Of a DNA stretch of 64,000 bases, positions 39,046 through 48,020 are shown one piece after another. The first letter of the stretch is position 1. Each line of letters starts with the position of its first letter. Origin of the DNA: Myxococcota bacterium. GTDB taxonomy: Bacteria; Myxococcota_A; UBA796; CAJQPC01. Both the position numbers and the translations under genes were made by a program. The stretch spans positions 20,174 to 84,173 of the forward strand of contig JAZAMN010000022.1 in assembly GCA_036229005.1 (NCBI GenBank), given 5' to 3'. The notes below the pieces were generated by a model. That model was not told the DNA's origin. It saw only the letters and a list, made by a program, of their open reading frames with translations, and ran no database searches.

Positions 39046-39909
39046 ATGCCAACCCACCCGATGCGATTCACGTCTCGAGCATAGCGGGTTCCCGAAGACA
39101 GCGCTCCTGCCCTGCTGTTGACCAGCCAAGGCCCGCACTTCTGATGTTCTCCCCGCTTTGGCTGCAAGGGGCGGGGAACCGGCGGCCAACGCTCGGCCCT
39201 GAAGGGCCGGCCCTCCACCGGGTCCAACTCACCGCCTTCAACCGACACCCGGGCGCCGCAGTCATCCTGCCCTTGCCCCGGCCCGCCGGCCACCACTCGC
39301 TCGCACAACAAGCCCTCCCCTTCGTCCGGCACCCCGGCTCGGTTCGTGCTCCCGCCCTCCGGCTTCCGGCCCTCACCTGGTCGGCAGGGGGCCGGGCGCC
39401 TCCGCTGCGCTTCGGCACGTCGCATACCGCAAAACGCTGGTCGAAAACGCCCCGCCCACGAGCACCGGCCACCTCCACGCGGAGAGATTCTCGACCCACC
39501 ACGCGGTGCAAAGCACTCCCCTCGCTTTTCCACCCAAGTCACACCGCCTCGTGCTCCGGTCACCTTTCGGCGTGGAATGGGTGGGCGCAACTCGGGCACC
39601 CACTCACTGTGCGGCGCTGAACCCGCCAGTTTGGCGGGCGCAGCGCCTCGCCGGAGCGGGCCATTCGCAGAACGGGCGGTAAACGCCATTGGACCGCGAC
39701 GACCGGTTCTCGGGCCTCCAGCCCCGGAAGCTCTGGAAGCGGCCCAACGGCGTCTACCGCTGGACGGTCCCCGCGTTGCGTCTATGCTCAGCCAAACGCC
39801 GCAAGCGCCCGCGCCATCGGCCTCCTTGGGGCGAAACTGCGGTGTCTTTTCTGCGCAGTGTTTCTTTGGCGCGCTGCCTCTTCCCCGGAGTGTCCCCTCC
39901 GCGCGCCTC

Positions 39910-40317
39910 TCAGTCCCAGAGCGCCCAGACCGTCGGAACGCCAGCGCCGACAGCCTCCTCCGCGAAGCCCCGCAGCGCCTCCAGCGCAGCAACATCCACC
40001 AGCGGCCCCTGCTCCACGCCAAGGAAGCACCGTACGGTCGAGAGCAGCTCCAGCGCGGGTCTCTCGACCTCGCCGCCTGCGTCCTCCCAGCCACGGCATT
40101 CGTTGGCTTCTCGGATCAGCCCGGGAAGCTCCGGGTAGGTCCCCGCCTTGAAGGCCTGTTGAACCACCGGGCCCGAGGCGAAGGCGAAGACCTCCCGATT
40201 CATCTCGAAGACCACCTCTTCCCCGCCAGGGTGGTGGAAGCGGAAGCGTATCGAGCCGCCGCACAGGGCCCCGCAGACGGGGCAGGGCTCGGTGTGGTCA
40301 AGGCGTCGGAGCTTCAT
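39910..40317 (-). CDS. Hypothetical protein (N-terminal CPxC)
   Basis: GGAGG RBS before ATG, follows the permease on the same strand; no recognised family. Confidence 0.5.
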   Translation of the reverse strand: MKLRRLDHTEPCPVCGALCGGSIRFRFHHPGGEEVVFEMNREVFAFASGPVVQQAFKAGTYPELPGLIREANECRGWEDAGGEVERPALELLSTVRCFLGVEQGPLVDVAALEALRGFAEEAVGAGVPTVWALWD

Positions 40318-40340
40318 GTCCCCCCTCCCGGTCGTGGGCT

Positions 40341-41747
40341 TCAGACCGTCTCGCCGGGCTTGAACCCCGCCTCGACCACTTTGGCGCGCACGGACTCCAG
40401 GTCCAGCACGCCCTGGACGTGGACGATCCCCGACTCCAGGTCGATGTCGACGGCCTCGACGCCCTCCAGCTCGCGGAGGCGGCCCTCCACCTTGCGGGCG
40501 CAGCCCTTGCAGGTCATGCCGCCGACCTCCAGGTCCAGGCTGGGGCTGAGCACCTGGGCGCCGAAGCCAGCCTCCTGGATGGTCGCGACCACGCGCTCCT
40601 GCAGGTCCGCCCCGCTGCCGTTGACGCTCACCCGGCCGGACTCCAGGTCCACCGTGAAGGCGTCCACACCCTCCAGCTCGCTCAGCCGGCCCTCGACTTT
40701 GCGCACACAGCCCCCGCAGGTCATGCCGGACACCCTCAGGTCCAGAGCGGTGGACTCAGAGAGCTCGGGCTGCTGACGACGCGCCCACCAGAGCCGCAGA
40801 TCCTGCAGCGCGAACCAGGCGACCATGGCGATCAGCAGCCCGCCCATGGCCTGCGCGAAGGGGCCCAGGTGCTCGTGGCCGCCGTGCTTGAGGGCCTCGA
40901 CGGGGATCACGCCGTCAAAGAGCAGCCCAAAGCCGATGGAGCCGACCACGATGGTGCCCAGGTAGATGGCCAGCGGGCGCTTGCCCAGGGTGCGGTAGAC
41001 GGCGCCCAGGGTGGCCACGTTCGTGGCGGGGCCGGCCATCAGGAAGACCAGCGCGGCGCCCGTGGGCAGGCCCGCACCGACCAACGCAGCGGCGATGGGC
41101 ACCGAGGCGGTCGCACAGACGTAGAGCGGCAGCGACACGAGCAGCGCCGCGGCCATCGCCAGCAGTCCGCCGCCCGCCTGGAGCCCGGTCAGCGCGTCGG
41201 GGGGCACGAACACGGTCAGCGCCGCGGACGCCAGCACGCCCACGCTCAGCCAGCCCCAGATGTTCTGGATCATCTCGATGCCGTGCTCGAACATCTGCTT
41301 GGGGGTGGGACGGGGGCCCGCCTCGGGCTCGGGCTGGACGTGCTGCTCGGCGCTCAGGCCGTCGGTCAGGAAGCCGCCCACCAGGCCGGTGACAGCGGCC
41401 GCGGCCACCTTGAACAGCGCGAAGGGCCAGCCCAGGAAGCTGGCGGCCACCAGCGTGGAGTCCACGCCGGTCTGGGGGGTGGAGATCAGGAAGCCCACGG
41501 CGGCGCCGTCGCTGGCCCCGTCCTTCTTGAGGCCCAGGCCGGCCGGGATGACGCCGCAGGAGCACAGGGGCAGCGGGACGCCCAGGGCGACGGCCTTGAG
41601 CACGCCCGCGCGGCCGCTCAGGTGGCGCTTGACGAAGCCGGGGGGCAGCAACCCGTGGAGCAGGGCGGAGATGCCCGCGCCCAGCAGGAGCCAGGGGGCG
41701 AGCTCGGCTGTGATCTCCCACACGGCGCGCAGGTATTCGGTGATCAT
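40341..41747 (-). CDS. Heavy-metal permease (DUF318/ArsP-type) with two C-terminal HMA domains
   Basis: PLPLCSCGVIP, PLYVCATASVP, GPATN; two GMTCxxC motifs. Confidence 0.9.
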   Translation of the reverse strand: MITEYLRAVWEITAELAPWLLLGAGISALLHGLLPPGFVKRHLSGRAGVLKAVALGVPLPLCSCGVIPAGLGLKKDGASDGAAVGFLISTPQTGVDSTLVAASFLGWPFALFKVAAAAVTGLVGGFLTDGLSAEQHVQPEPEAGPRPTPKQMFEHGIEMIQNIWGWLSVGVLASAALTVFVPPDALTGLQAGGGLLAMAAALLVSLPLYVCATASVPIAAALVGAGLPTGAALVFLMAGPATNVATLGAVYRTLGKRPLAIYLGTIVVGSIGFGLLFDGVIPVEALKHGGHEHLGPFAQAMGGLLIAMVAWFALQDLRLWWARRQQPELSESTALDLRVSGMTCGGCVRKVEGRLSELEGVDAFTVDLESGRVSVNGSGADLQERVVATIQEAGFGAQVLSPSLDLEVGGMTCKGCARKVEGRLRELEGVEAVDIDLESGIVHVQGVLDLESVRAKVVEAGFKPGETV

Positions 41748-42028
41748 CGGGTGCCTCCAAAGCGGGCGAGCAGGTCGGAGAGCTCGCTCAGGGTCTGCTC
41801 ACGGGTGTTCTCGTCGCCGGACTGCAGGGCGCTGGCGACGCAGTGACGGACGTGCTCTTCGAGCATGATCTGGCCCGCGCGGCCCAGCCCACCGCGGACG
41901 GCTGAGAGCTGGACCAGCACCTCGGGGCAGTACCGGTCCTCCTCGACCATGCGGCGGACGCCGGCGAGCTGTCCCTCCAGGCGCCGCAGGCGGGCCAGGA
42001 GCTTCTTCTTCTGTTGTGCGTCCTTCAT
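41744..42028 (-). CDS. csoR: CsoR family metal-sensing repressor
   Basis: RLRRLEGQ..G...MVEEDRYC..VL.Q..A; HVRHC metal ligands. Confidence 0.92.
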   Translation of the reverse strand: MKDAQQKKKLLARLRRLEGQLAGVRRMVEEDRYCPEVLVQLSAVRGGLGRAGQIMLEEHVRHCVASALQSGDENTREQTLSELSDLLARFGGTR

Positions 42029-42039
42029 CCGGGTCTCCT

Positions 42040-42058
42040 GATACCCCCTGGGGGTATC
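42040..42058. promoter_or_regulatory. CsoR-type operator palindrome 1
   Basis: GATACCCCC-T-GGGGGTATC perfect dyad just upstream of csoR. Confidence 0.8.
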
Positions 42059-42073
42059 TTTCCTGCACCCAGT

Positions 42074-42090
42074 ATACCCCCAGGGGGTAT
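42074..42090. promoter_or_regulatory. CsoR-type operator palindrome 2
   Basis: ATACCCCC-A-GGGGGTAT perfect dyad; centre 33 bp from operator 1. Confidence 0.8.
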
Positions 42091-42160
42091 GAGTTGCACC
42101 CTGTGCGATGATCGTTTTTTGGAGCGCGATCCCTCGCGGGTCCAATGCGCAGGAGGGCCG

Positions 42161-43750
42161 ATGTTGCTGTGGTGGGTGTTGGCTTGCGGGCGGGTGACCT
42201 CGCCGATGGAGACGGGTGTAGAGGACTCCGAGGCGGAGACCGGGGACAGCGGTGGGGACGGGATCTGCTCACCGGATCACAGCCTCACCTCGACCCAGAC
42301 CCGGACGAGCACGGCGATCGTGCAGGGAGAGGAAGCGGGGGCTGGGCTGGCTTTTCTGGCGATCCCCTTCACCGAGCCGCCTCTGGGAGCGCTCCGGCTG
42401 GCGCCTCCGCAGCCCTACGCCTGCCGCGACGGCGAGGTCATCTCGGCGCAGACCTTCGGCCCCACCTGTCCGCAGCTCGACGACGAGGGCGCGCTCACGG
42501 GCAGCGAGGACTGCCTGCAGCTCAACGTGTTCACGCCGGACACCGCGCTGAGCGGCGCGCGCCCCGTGATGGTGTTCATCCACGGTGGCGGGATGGTGCA
42601 AGGAAGCGCCAGCCGCGAGGAGAACGGGGTGGCCCTCTTTGACGGGGCGCTGCTGGCGGAGCGCACGGGGGCGATCGTGGTGACGCTCCAGTACCGGCTG
42701 GGGGCGCTGGGCTTCCTGAACCACCCGGAGCTGCGGGCTGTGGGGCTGGGCGGGAACCTGGGCACGCAGGACCAGCTCCAGGGGCTGGCGTGGGTGCAGG
42801 AGAACGCGGCGGCCTTTGGCGGAGACCCGGCGCAGGTGATGGTCTTTGGGGAGAGCGCGGGGGCGCTGAGCATCTGCGGGCTCTACACCAGCCCCTACGC
42901 CGAGGGGCTCTTCTCGGCGGCGGTCATCCAGTCCGGGGGCTGTCAGACGGCCACCTTGGCGGAGGCGGAGGCCGAGGGGGAGGCCTACGCTGCGGAGCTG
43001 GGCTGTGAGGACGCGGCGTGCCTGCAGGAGGCCCCGCTGGAGGACCTGGTGGCGCTGAGCACTGCGCCCATCTCGGAGCTGGGCGTGCCGGGGACCGGGG
43101 GCTTCGGGCTGAGCATTGATGGGGACGTCCTGCCCCAGGACCCCTGGGATGCCCTGGCGGCGGGCGAGCACGTCGGGGTGCCGCTGATCGTGGGCCACAA
43201 CCGCGAGGAGACGGGCAGCTACAGCCCCACCCTGAGCGAGGCCGAGTACGAGACCCTGCTCAAGGGGCTCTTCCTGACCCGCTGGGAGGAGGCGGCGGCC
43301 CTCTGGTCGGTGGAGGAGTACGGCAGCGCCCGCAGCGCCTGGATCGCGCTGAGCACCGACGCCTCCTTTGGCTGCCCCGCCCAGCGCATGGCCGACCTGG
43401 TGAGCGAGAGCGGCACGCCTGCCTACCGCTACCTGTTCACCCACACCCCCGATACCGCCCTGTCCCGCGTTCGCGGCGCCTACCACGGCCTGGAGCTGCT
43501 CTACCTCTTCCAGCGGCTGGAGCCCATGGAAGCCGCCGGGCTCTACGAGGGCAACACCGACGACGAGGCCGTGGAGGCGCTGATGCGCACCCTCTGGCTG
43601 GCGCACGCGCAGGGCGAGGACCTGCAGGCTGACGGCGTCGCCTGGCCCGTGACCGACGACACGCAGCCCTACCTGGAGCTGGCGGCCGAGCCGGCGGTGG
43701 GGACCGGGTGGCATGCGGAGGGGTGTGGGTTTCTGGGGGAGGTGTTCTGA
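42161..43750 (+). CDS. Type-B carboxylesterase family lipoprotein
   Basis: AGGAGG RBS, MLLWWVLAC; SEDCLQLNV, HGGG, YRLG..GF, FGESAG, GAYHGLEL. Confidence 0.92.
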   Translation: MLLWWVLACGRVTSPMETGVEDSEAETGDSGGDGICSPDHSLTSTQTRTSTAIVQGEEAGAGLAFLAIPFTEPPLGALRLAPPQPYACRDGEVISAQTFGPTCPQLDDEGALTGSEDCLQLNVFTPDTALSGARPVMVFIHGGGMVQGSASREENGVALFDGALLAERTGAIVVTLQYRLGALGFLNHPELRAVGLGGNLGTQDQLQGLAWVQENAAAFGGDPAQVMVFGESAGALSICGLYTSPYAEGLFSAAVIQSGGCQTATLAEAEAEGEAYAAELGCEDAACLQEAPLEDLVALSTAPISELGVPGTGGFGLSIDGDVLPQDPWDALAAGEHVGVPLIVGHNREETGSYSPTLSEAEYETLLKGLFLTRWEEAAALWSVEEYGSARSAWIALSTDASFGCPAQRMADLVSESGTPAYRYLFTHTPDTALSRVRGAYHGLELLYLFQRLEPMEAAGLYEGNTDDEAVEALMRTLWLAHAQGEDLQADGVAWPVTDDTQPYLELAAEPAVGTGWHAEGCGFLGEVF

Positions 43751-43757
43751 GGGGGGC

Positions 43758-44027
43758 TCAGAGCGATTCCAGCGCGAGAGAGAGCTTGTCGGCGAGGCTC
43801 CAGCGCAGGCCGGCGGAGTAGAGGCTCCCTGCGAGGCTGGGGCGGCGGAAGACGGTGATGACGGCGCGGCCATCGTGGACCACCACGACGCCACGCAGGT
43901 GGACACGGACCTGACCGGGCTTGGCCCGCAGGGGTTCGCCGGAGGCCACGCAGGCGCGGACCTCGGCCAGGGAGATGTTGCGCTCGTGCATTCGCTGGCG
44001 GGCGTGGAGGGAGAGAGACAGGGACAT
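43758..44027 (-). CDS. DUF4258-like small protein
   Basis: SLHARQRMHERNIS..EV..C...GE and VITV pattern. Confidence 0.65.
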   Translation of the reverse strand: MSLSLSLHARQRMHERNISLAEVRACVASGEPLRAKPGQVRVHLRGVVVVHDGRAVITVFRRPSLAGSLYSAGLRWSLADKLSLALESL

Positions 44028-44082
44028 CGGCGGGCTCCGGGGACAGGGGGAGAACGCGGGGACCGAAGCCCCCGCAGCGAGC

Positions 44083-44283
44083 TCAGCGCTTGCCGCCGCC
44101 GCCCTTGGTGCTGCCCTTTCCGGACTTGGCGCCCCCCTTTCCAGGCTTGGCGCCTCCCTTTCCGCTGTTGCTGGCCGCGGCCTTCGACGCGCGCGCCTTG
44201 AACCCGGAGTTCTTGCCGCTCTTGTCGGCGTGGCTCTGGATCCGGCTCGCGGCGGGCTGGGTCATCGGGGTCTTCTTGCTCAT
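44083..44283 (-). CDS. Small basic Gly/Lys-rich protein
   Basis: GGAG RBS, strong codon bias; MT..AASRIQS...F.ARA..AA pattern and GKGG repeats. Confidence 0.7.
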   Translation of the reverse strand: MSKKTPMTQPAASRIQSHADKSGKNSGFKARASKAAASNSGKGGAKPGKGGAKSGKGSTKGGGGKR

Positions 44284-44454
44284 GTGGACTCTCCAGTTGG
44301 GGTTCTGTCAGCGAGCTGACACCCTTGGAATCACACGGGCCAAAGCTGGGTTTTCATTGTTTCCCAGAACAGCGGAGGGTCCCCCTCGAACGCCGACTCC
44401 AGACAAGACAGCCACCCCGGAGGCTGGCTGCGCTCGCCTGGACGGGGGGCCGGG

Positions 44455-45054
44455 TCAGGTGTCTCTGGGGTCCAGCCGAAGGGCCCCCAGCACCTCTGCG
44501 CTCCCCTGCCCTCCCAAGGCTTCCTGCAGGAGCGCAATGGCCGGAGCGGCAGACTGGTCCGGGGTCCTCAGTGCCCACAGCGTGCTGCGCTCCCCTGGCT
44601 GAGGGAGCTCGCGCTCAAAGGACTGCCCGGCATTCAAGCGTTGATGGCCCAAGCGCTGCACGCGGCCGCCATCATCGGTCACGATCAGGTGGTAGTGCCC
44701 GGGCTGAGGAGCTGTCACCACGGCCATTGGGCCAGGGTCTGACTCCAGGAGTTGGAGCAGCTCCACGGGCGCCGCCTCGTCGCTCGCCAGGGCGAAGGTC
44801 CCGGCGGGGGCGTCCAGGAGCACAGCGCGCCCCTGCTCCAGCAGGGTCTGCCAACCCGCGACGAAGCTCGCCCAAGGCGCTCCCCGGGCTGCGAGCCCAG
44901 CGTCACGGCGTGCGTCTCGCTCCGCTTGCAGGATCCCATCCAGGAGCAGGGGAAGCTGGGGGTCCCGGCAGCGGATCATCCACTCGGTGACGCGGCGGCG
45001 CTCAGGGGCCGGGAGCTCTCCCCGGACCCACTGAACGAGGGTCTGTTCGGTCAT
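44455..45054 (-). CDS. Hypothetical protein, anti-sigma-like N-terminus and DUF4384-like C-terminus
   Basis: EQTLVQWVRGEL...ERRRV..W...C resembles the zf-HC2 helix pair; ATGA-coupled to the upstream gene. Confidence 0.5.
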   Translation of the reverse strand: MTEQTLVQWVRGELPAPERRRVTEWMIRCRDPQLPLLLDGILQAERDARRDAGLAARGAPWASFVAGWQTLLEQGRAVLLDAPAGTFALASDEAAPVELLQLLESDPGPMAVVTAPQPGHYHLIVTDDGGRVQRLGHQRLNAGQSFERELPQPGERSTLWALRTPDQSAAPAIALLQEALGGQGSAEVLGALRLDPRDT

Positions 45055-45644
45055 TTGGTCATCCCATAGCTCTGGCTGCGCTCGAGCTTGAGCACGTCGC
45101 AGGCGGTTGTAGTGACTGCAGGCTTGAGCAGCCGGAAGACCAGCTCCCCGAGCACCTGCTGCTGATCCAAGGCGTCCATCTCCTCACAGAGGGTGAGGAC
45201 GGCCTCTTCGGCGCCGGAGCGGGCCAGGGCCTTGAGCAGACGGGGCCCCCCGAAGCCTTTGACACCTGGGGCCTTGGCCGCGGCCTTGCTCCACGCGTAG
45301 GGCGGGACGTTGTCCGGGAAGGGTGTGAAGTACACCACCTTGAGCGCCTCCCGCTGCCTGCTGTCGCTGAGCTTGGGCAGCACCTGCTTCCAGATCACAG
45401 CGTGCCGGAAGACCGCCAGGCTGCGGTACTTGCTCCGAGAGGGGCGACCCAGGGCCAGGTAGCGACGCGAAGGCTCGAAGGGCATGGCCATCTCCGTCCG
45501 CGCCAGCTCGGCCCTCGCCCGCTGGGTGGCTGCCAGCCAGAGCGGACTCATCTCCATGCAGCTCTGGTCCACGACCTGCTCCAAGGCCGCCGCCAGCTCA
45601 CTGACGAGCTGCTGGTCCTCTTCTTCGCTGAGTCTGAACGGCAT
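45051..45644 (-). CDS. Hypothetical protein (weak sigma-factor region-4-like segment)
   Basis: AAGGGG RBS; LPKLSDSRQREALKVVYF segment; coupled to the downstream gene. Confidence 0.5.
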   Translation of the reverse strand: MPFRLSEEEDQQLVSELAAALEQVVDQSCMEMSPLWLAATQRARAELARTEMAMPFEPSRRYLALGRPSRSKYRSLAVFRHAVIWKQVLPKLSDSRQREALKVVYFTPFPDNVPPYAWSKAAAKAPGVKGFGGPRLLKALARSGAEEAVLTLCEEMDALDQQQVLGELVFRLLKPAVTTTACDVLKLERSQSYGMTK

Positions 45645-45701
45645 GTCGCCCCTTTAGGCCGAGTCCTGGCCCGGCTGATCCGTGTTTCCCAGAACGCGCC
45701 C

Positions 45702-47405
45702 TCAGGTGGCCACACACTGCCCCGTCAGCGCCAGCCAGACGTAGGCCTGGTAGGCCCGGACCTCCCCGCCCTCACTGCTCACCTGCAGCGCATTGCGGAG
45801 CTCCTTGGGGTTGGCCTTGGGGCACAGGTACAGCAGGCTCGCCGCGATCCCGGAGACATAGGGGGCGGCCAGCGAGGTCCCCGACAGGCTGCCGTAGCCG
45901 CCCCCCACCTGGGTGGTGCAGATGGCCTCTCCGGGCGCCTTGAGGTCCGGCCCAGCGCCGTTGAACCCGCTGCTGTTCCCGAGCCGGTTCGTCGAAGCGA
46001 CGCTCAACACTGTCCCGTGGCGGGCCGGCCAGTGCCGCGCGCCCGACTTGTTGCCAGCGGCCGCCACCACCAGCACCCCCTCCTGCTCGGCGTACTCCAG
46101 CGCCTCGACCACCACCTGGGGCGTGGTGCCCACCCCAGCCAAGGACAGGTTGATGACCTGGGCTCCCTCGTCGACAGCGTCGGTGATGGCATCGGCGACC
46201 TCCCAGCTCGGCGTCCGACGCTCGCTCAGCGCAAAGTCCAGCAGCTCGATGCGCTGCCCGCTGTGGTTTGGGCTGCTCACGCCGATGTAGTTGTGGCTCT
46301 TTGCGGCCAGCACGCCGGCGACGCCTGTTCCGTGAACCGACCCCCGCCCGTACCCGCCTCGCACCACCCCCTTCAGGTCGGGGTGGGAGGCGTCGATGCC
46401 CAGATCCACGACGGCCACCAAGGTCTCCGGCCTGCGCACCAGGGGCCGGAGCTTCGCCAGCTCCAGCAGCTCGGTGCGCTCCAGGCCGTATTGATGCTGC
46501 GAATAGGGGTCGTTTGTGAGCCTGCGACCGGGCACCGGGCTCGCGCACCGGCTCGCAGCCTCGGCCTCGGGGACCTGGGCCATCGACACAGGCTCCACCC
46601 AGTCGACGTTCTCCCAGTCGTCCTCAAGCAGCTCCTGCGCCCTGGCCCGGTCGGCGTAGGACACGGAGAGCACAAACTGGCGGTTGAGGCCGGTCCGGTC
46701 GTGCGGGACGTAGTCGTCGTGGACCCGCTCGGGTTTCAGCGCCAGCAGCCGGTCGTCCAGCTCTGTGAGGGAGTCGTCTGGGCCCAGCTCGAAGACCAGC
46801 TCCGCGCTGCCTGGGTCGAGGGGGGTGACGGGCTCCTCCCAGTCCAACCAGAACATCAGCGCGAAAGGAGACGCGGAGAGCGCGACCCAACCGGGGATGG
46901 GTGTGGGGAAGTCTGGTCGGGCGACCGCGGCCAGGTGTCGAGTGGCGCGGGAGAAGCGGCGGAGCGTCCAGGAGCCGAGCAGCAGCCGGAGAAAGAGGGC
47001 GGTGTAGAAGGCCAGGAGCAGGATGGCCAATCCCATCGCGAGGGTGAACACCAGCACAGCCTCTTCCGGAGACGCCTGCTCGAGGCCATCGAAGAGAAAC
47101 GCCTCCGGGTCTCGAATCAAACCGGCACAGGTCACGATCAACGCCGCGCCCGCCATGAGGAAGAAGAACCCCAGCCCCCGAGTGAAGCGCTCCGGGCGCA
47201 TGGGGACCGGCTCCGCGGCACGCTTGAGCACCCCCGTCAAGGTCTCGATGGCCCGGTTCAAGCGGAGCCACTCAAAGACCATGAGCACGATGAAGCTCAG
47301 CATGCCCGAGAAGATGACGGTCCCTTCCAGGTCTGTCCCATCCTGGACGAGCCAGAGGAACCACCCCACAAACAACGCGCCAAGCTGCAGGGCGCGCACA
47401 ATCAT
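45702..47405 (-). CDS. S8 (subtilisin) serine peptidase with N-terminal membrane domain
   Basis: Catalytic VAVVDLGID, HGTGVAG, AAAGN, GTSLAAP; several N-terminal TM segments; start uncertain. Confidence 0.88.
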   Translation of the reverse strand: MIVRALQLGALFVGWFLWLVQDGTDLEGTVIFSGMLSFIVLMVFEWLRLNRAIETLTGVLKRAAEPVPMRPERFTRGLGFFFLMAGAALIVTCAGLIRDPEAFLFDGLEQASPEEAVLVFTLAMGLAILLLAFYTALFLRLLLGSWTLRRFSRATRHLAAVARPDFPTPIPGWVALSASPFALMFWLDWEEPVTPLDPGSAELVFELGPDDSLTELDDRLLALKPERVHDDYVPHDRTGLNRQFVLSVSYADRARAQELLEDDWENVDWVEPVSMAQVPEAEAASRCASPVPGRRLTNDPYSQHQYGLERTELLELAKLRPLVRRPETLVAVVDLGIDASHPDLKGVVRGGYGRGSVHGTGVAGVLAAKSHNYIGVSSPNHSGQRIELLDFALSERRTPSWEVADAITDAVDEGAQVINLSLAGVGTTPQVVVEALEYAEQEGVLVVAAAGNKSGARHWPARHGTVLSVASTNRLGNSSGFNGAGPDLKAPGEAICTTQVGGGYGSLSGTSLAAPYVSGIAASLLYLCPKANPKELRNALQVSSEGGEVRAYQAYVWLALTGQCVAT

Positions 47406-47497
47406 GCTTCGAAGCACACTCTTCCCGAGTCGAGCGCGAATCCTACGGGCAGGCGCGTCCCTGCGTCGATTACAGCGCCCTACAGCCGCGGGCGGCC

Positions 47498-47998
47498 CTA
47501 CTCCAGCACCAAACACGCCCCCTGCAGCGCCGCCAGCTCGTCCATCCACACCTGACGCGTCTGGGCGTTGGGGTCGGCCTCGTAGGCAGCCTGGGCTTCG
47601 GCGGCGACCTGGGCGGCGATCTGGATGGCCTCCCGCGCGGGATCGGGCAGAGGCTCGGGCTCACTGCCCTGGGCGACGGGCTCGACGCCGGAGGGCTCCT
47701 GGATGTCCTCGCACACGCGCTGGGGCGTGGGGTTGCGCTGGTCTCCAGGCTCCAGGATGCGTTGCTGTTGCTCATGCCCGGCGGCGGTGGCGTAGGCCAT
47801 CTGGACGCCCACTCCGGGCAGGGCGCAGTCCTGCTCAGGGCTCCAGGCGTACTGGGGCTCGCGCTCGGCGCAGACGCGGTGCACCTCGGCGGCGTAGGCC
47901 CGCACGCGGGCATCCTCCTGGGTCTCCACCGAAGCCTCCGAGAGGGGCTCTGGATCAGGAGTCGGGGTCGAAGCGCAGGCGAGCAGGAGCATCCACAT
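47498..47998 (-). CDS. Lipoprotein, unknown function
   Basis: MWMLLLAC lipobox, Pro-rich linker. Confidence 0.65.
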   Translation of the reverse strand: MWMLLLACASTPTPDPEPLSEASVETQEDARVRAYAAEVHRVCAEREPQYAWSPEQDCALPGVGVQMAYATAAGHEQQQRILEPGDQRNPTPQRVCEDIQEPSGVEPVAQGSEPEPLPDPAREAIQIAAQVAAEAQAAYEADPNAQTRQVWMDELAALQGACLVLE

Positions 47999-48020
47999 GC
48001 ACACAGGATAAACGCGCGGG

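Noticed and set aside
38230..47405. Integrative element or prophage at tRNA-Arg
   Set aside because: No integrase or phage genes, and I found no duplicated tRNA 3' end in the window.
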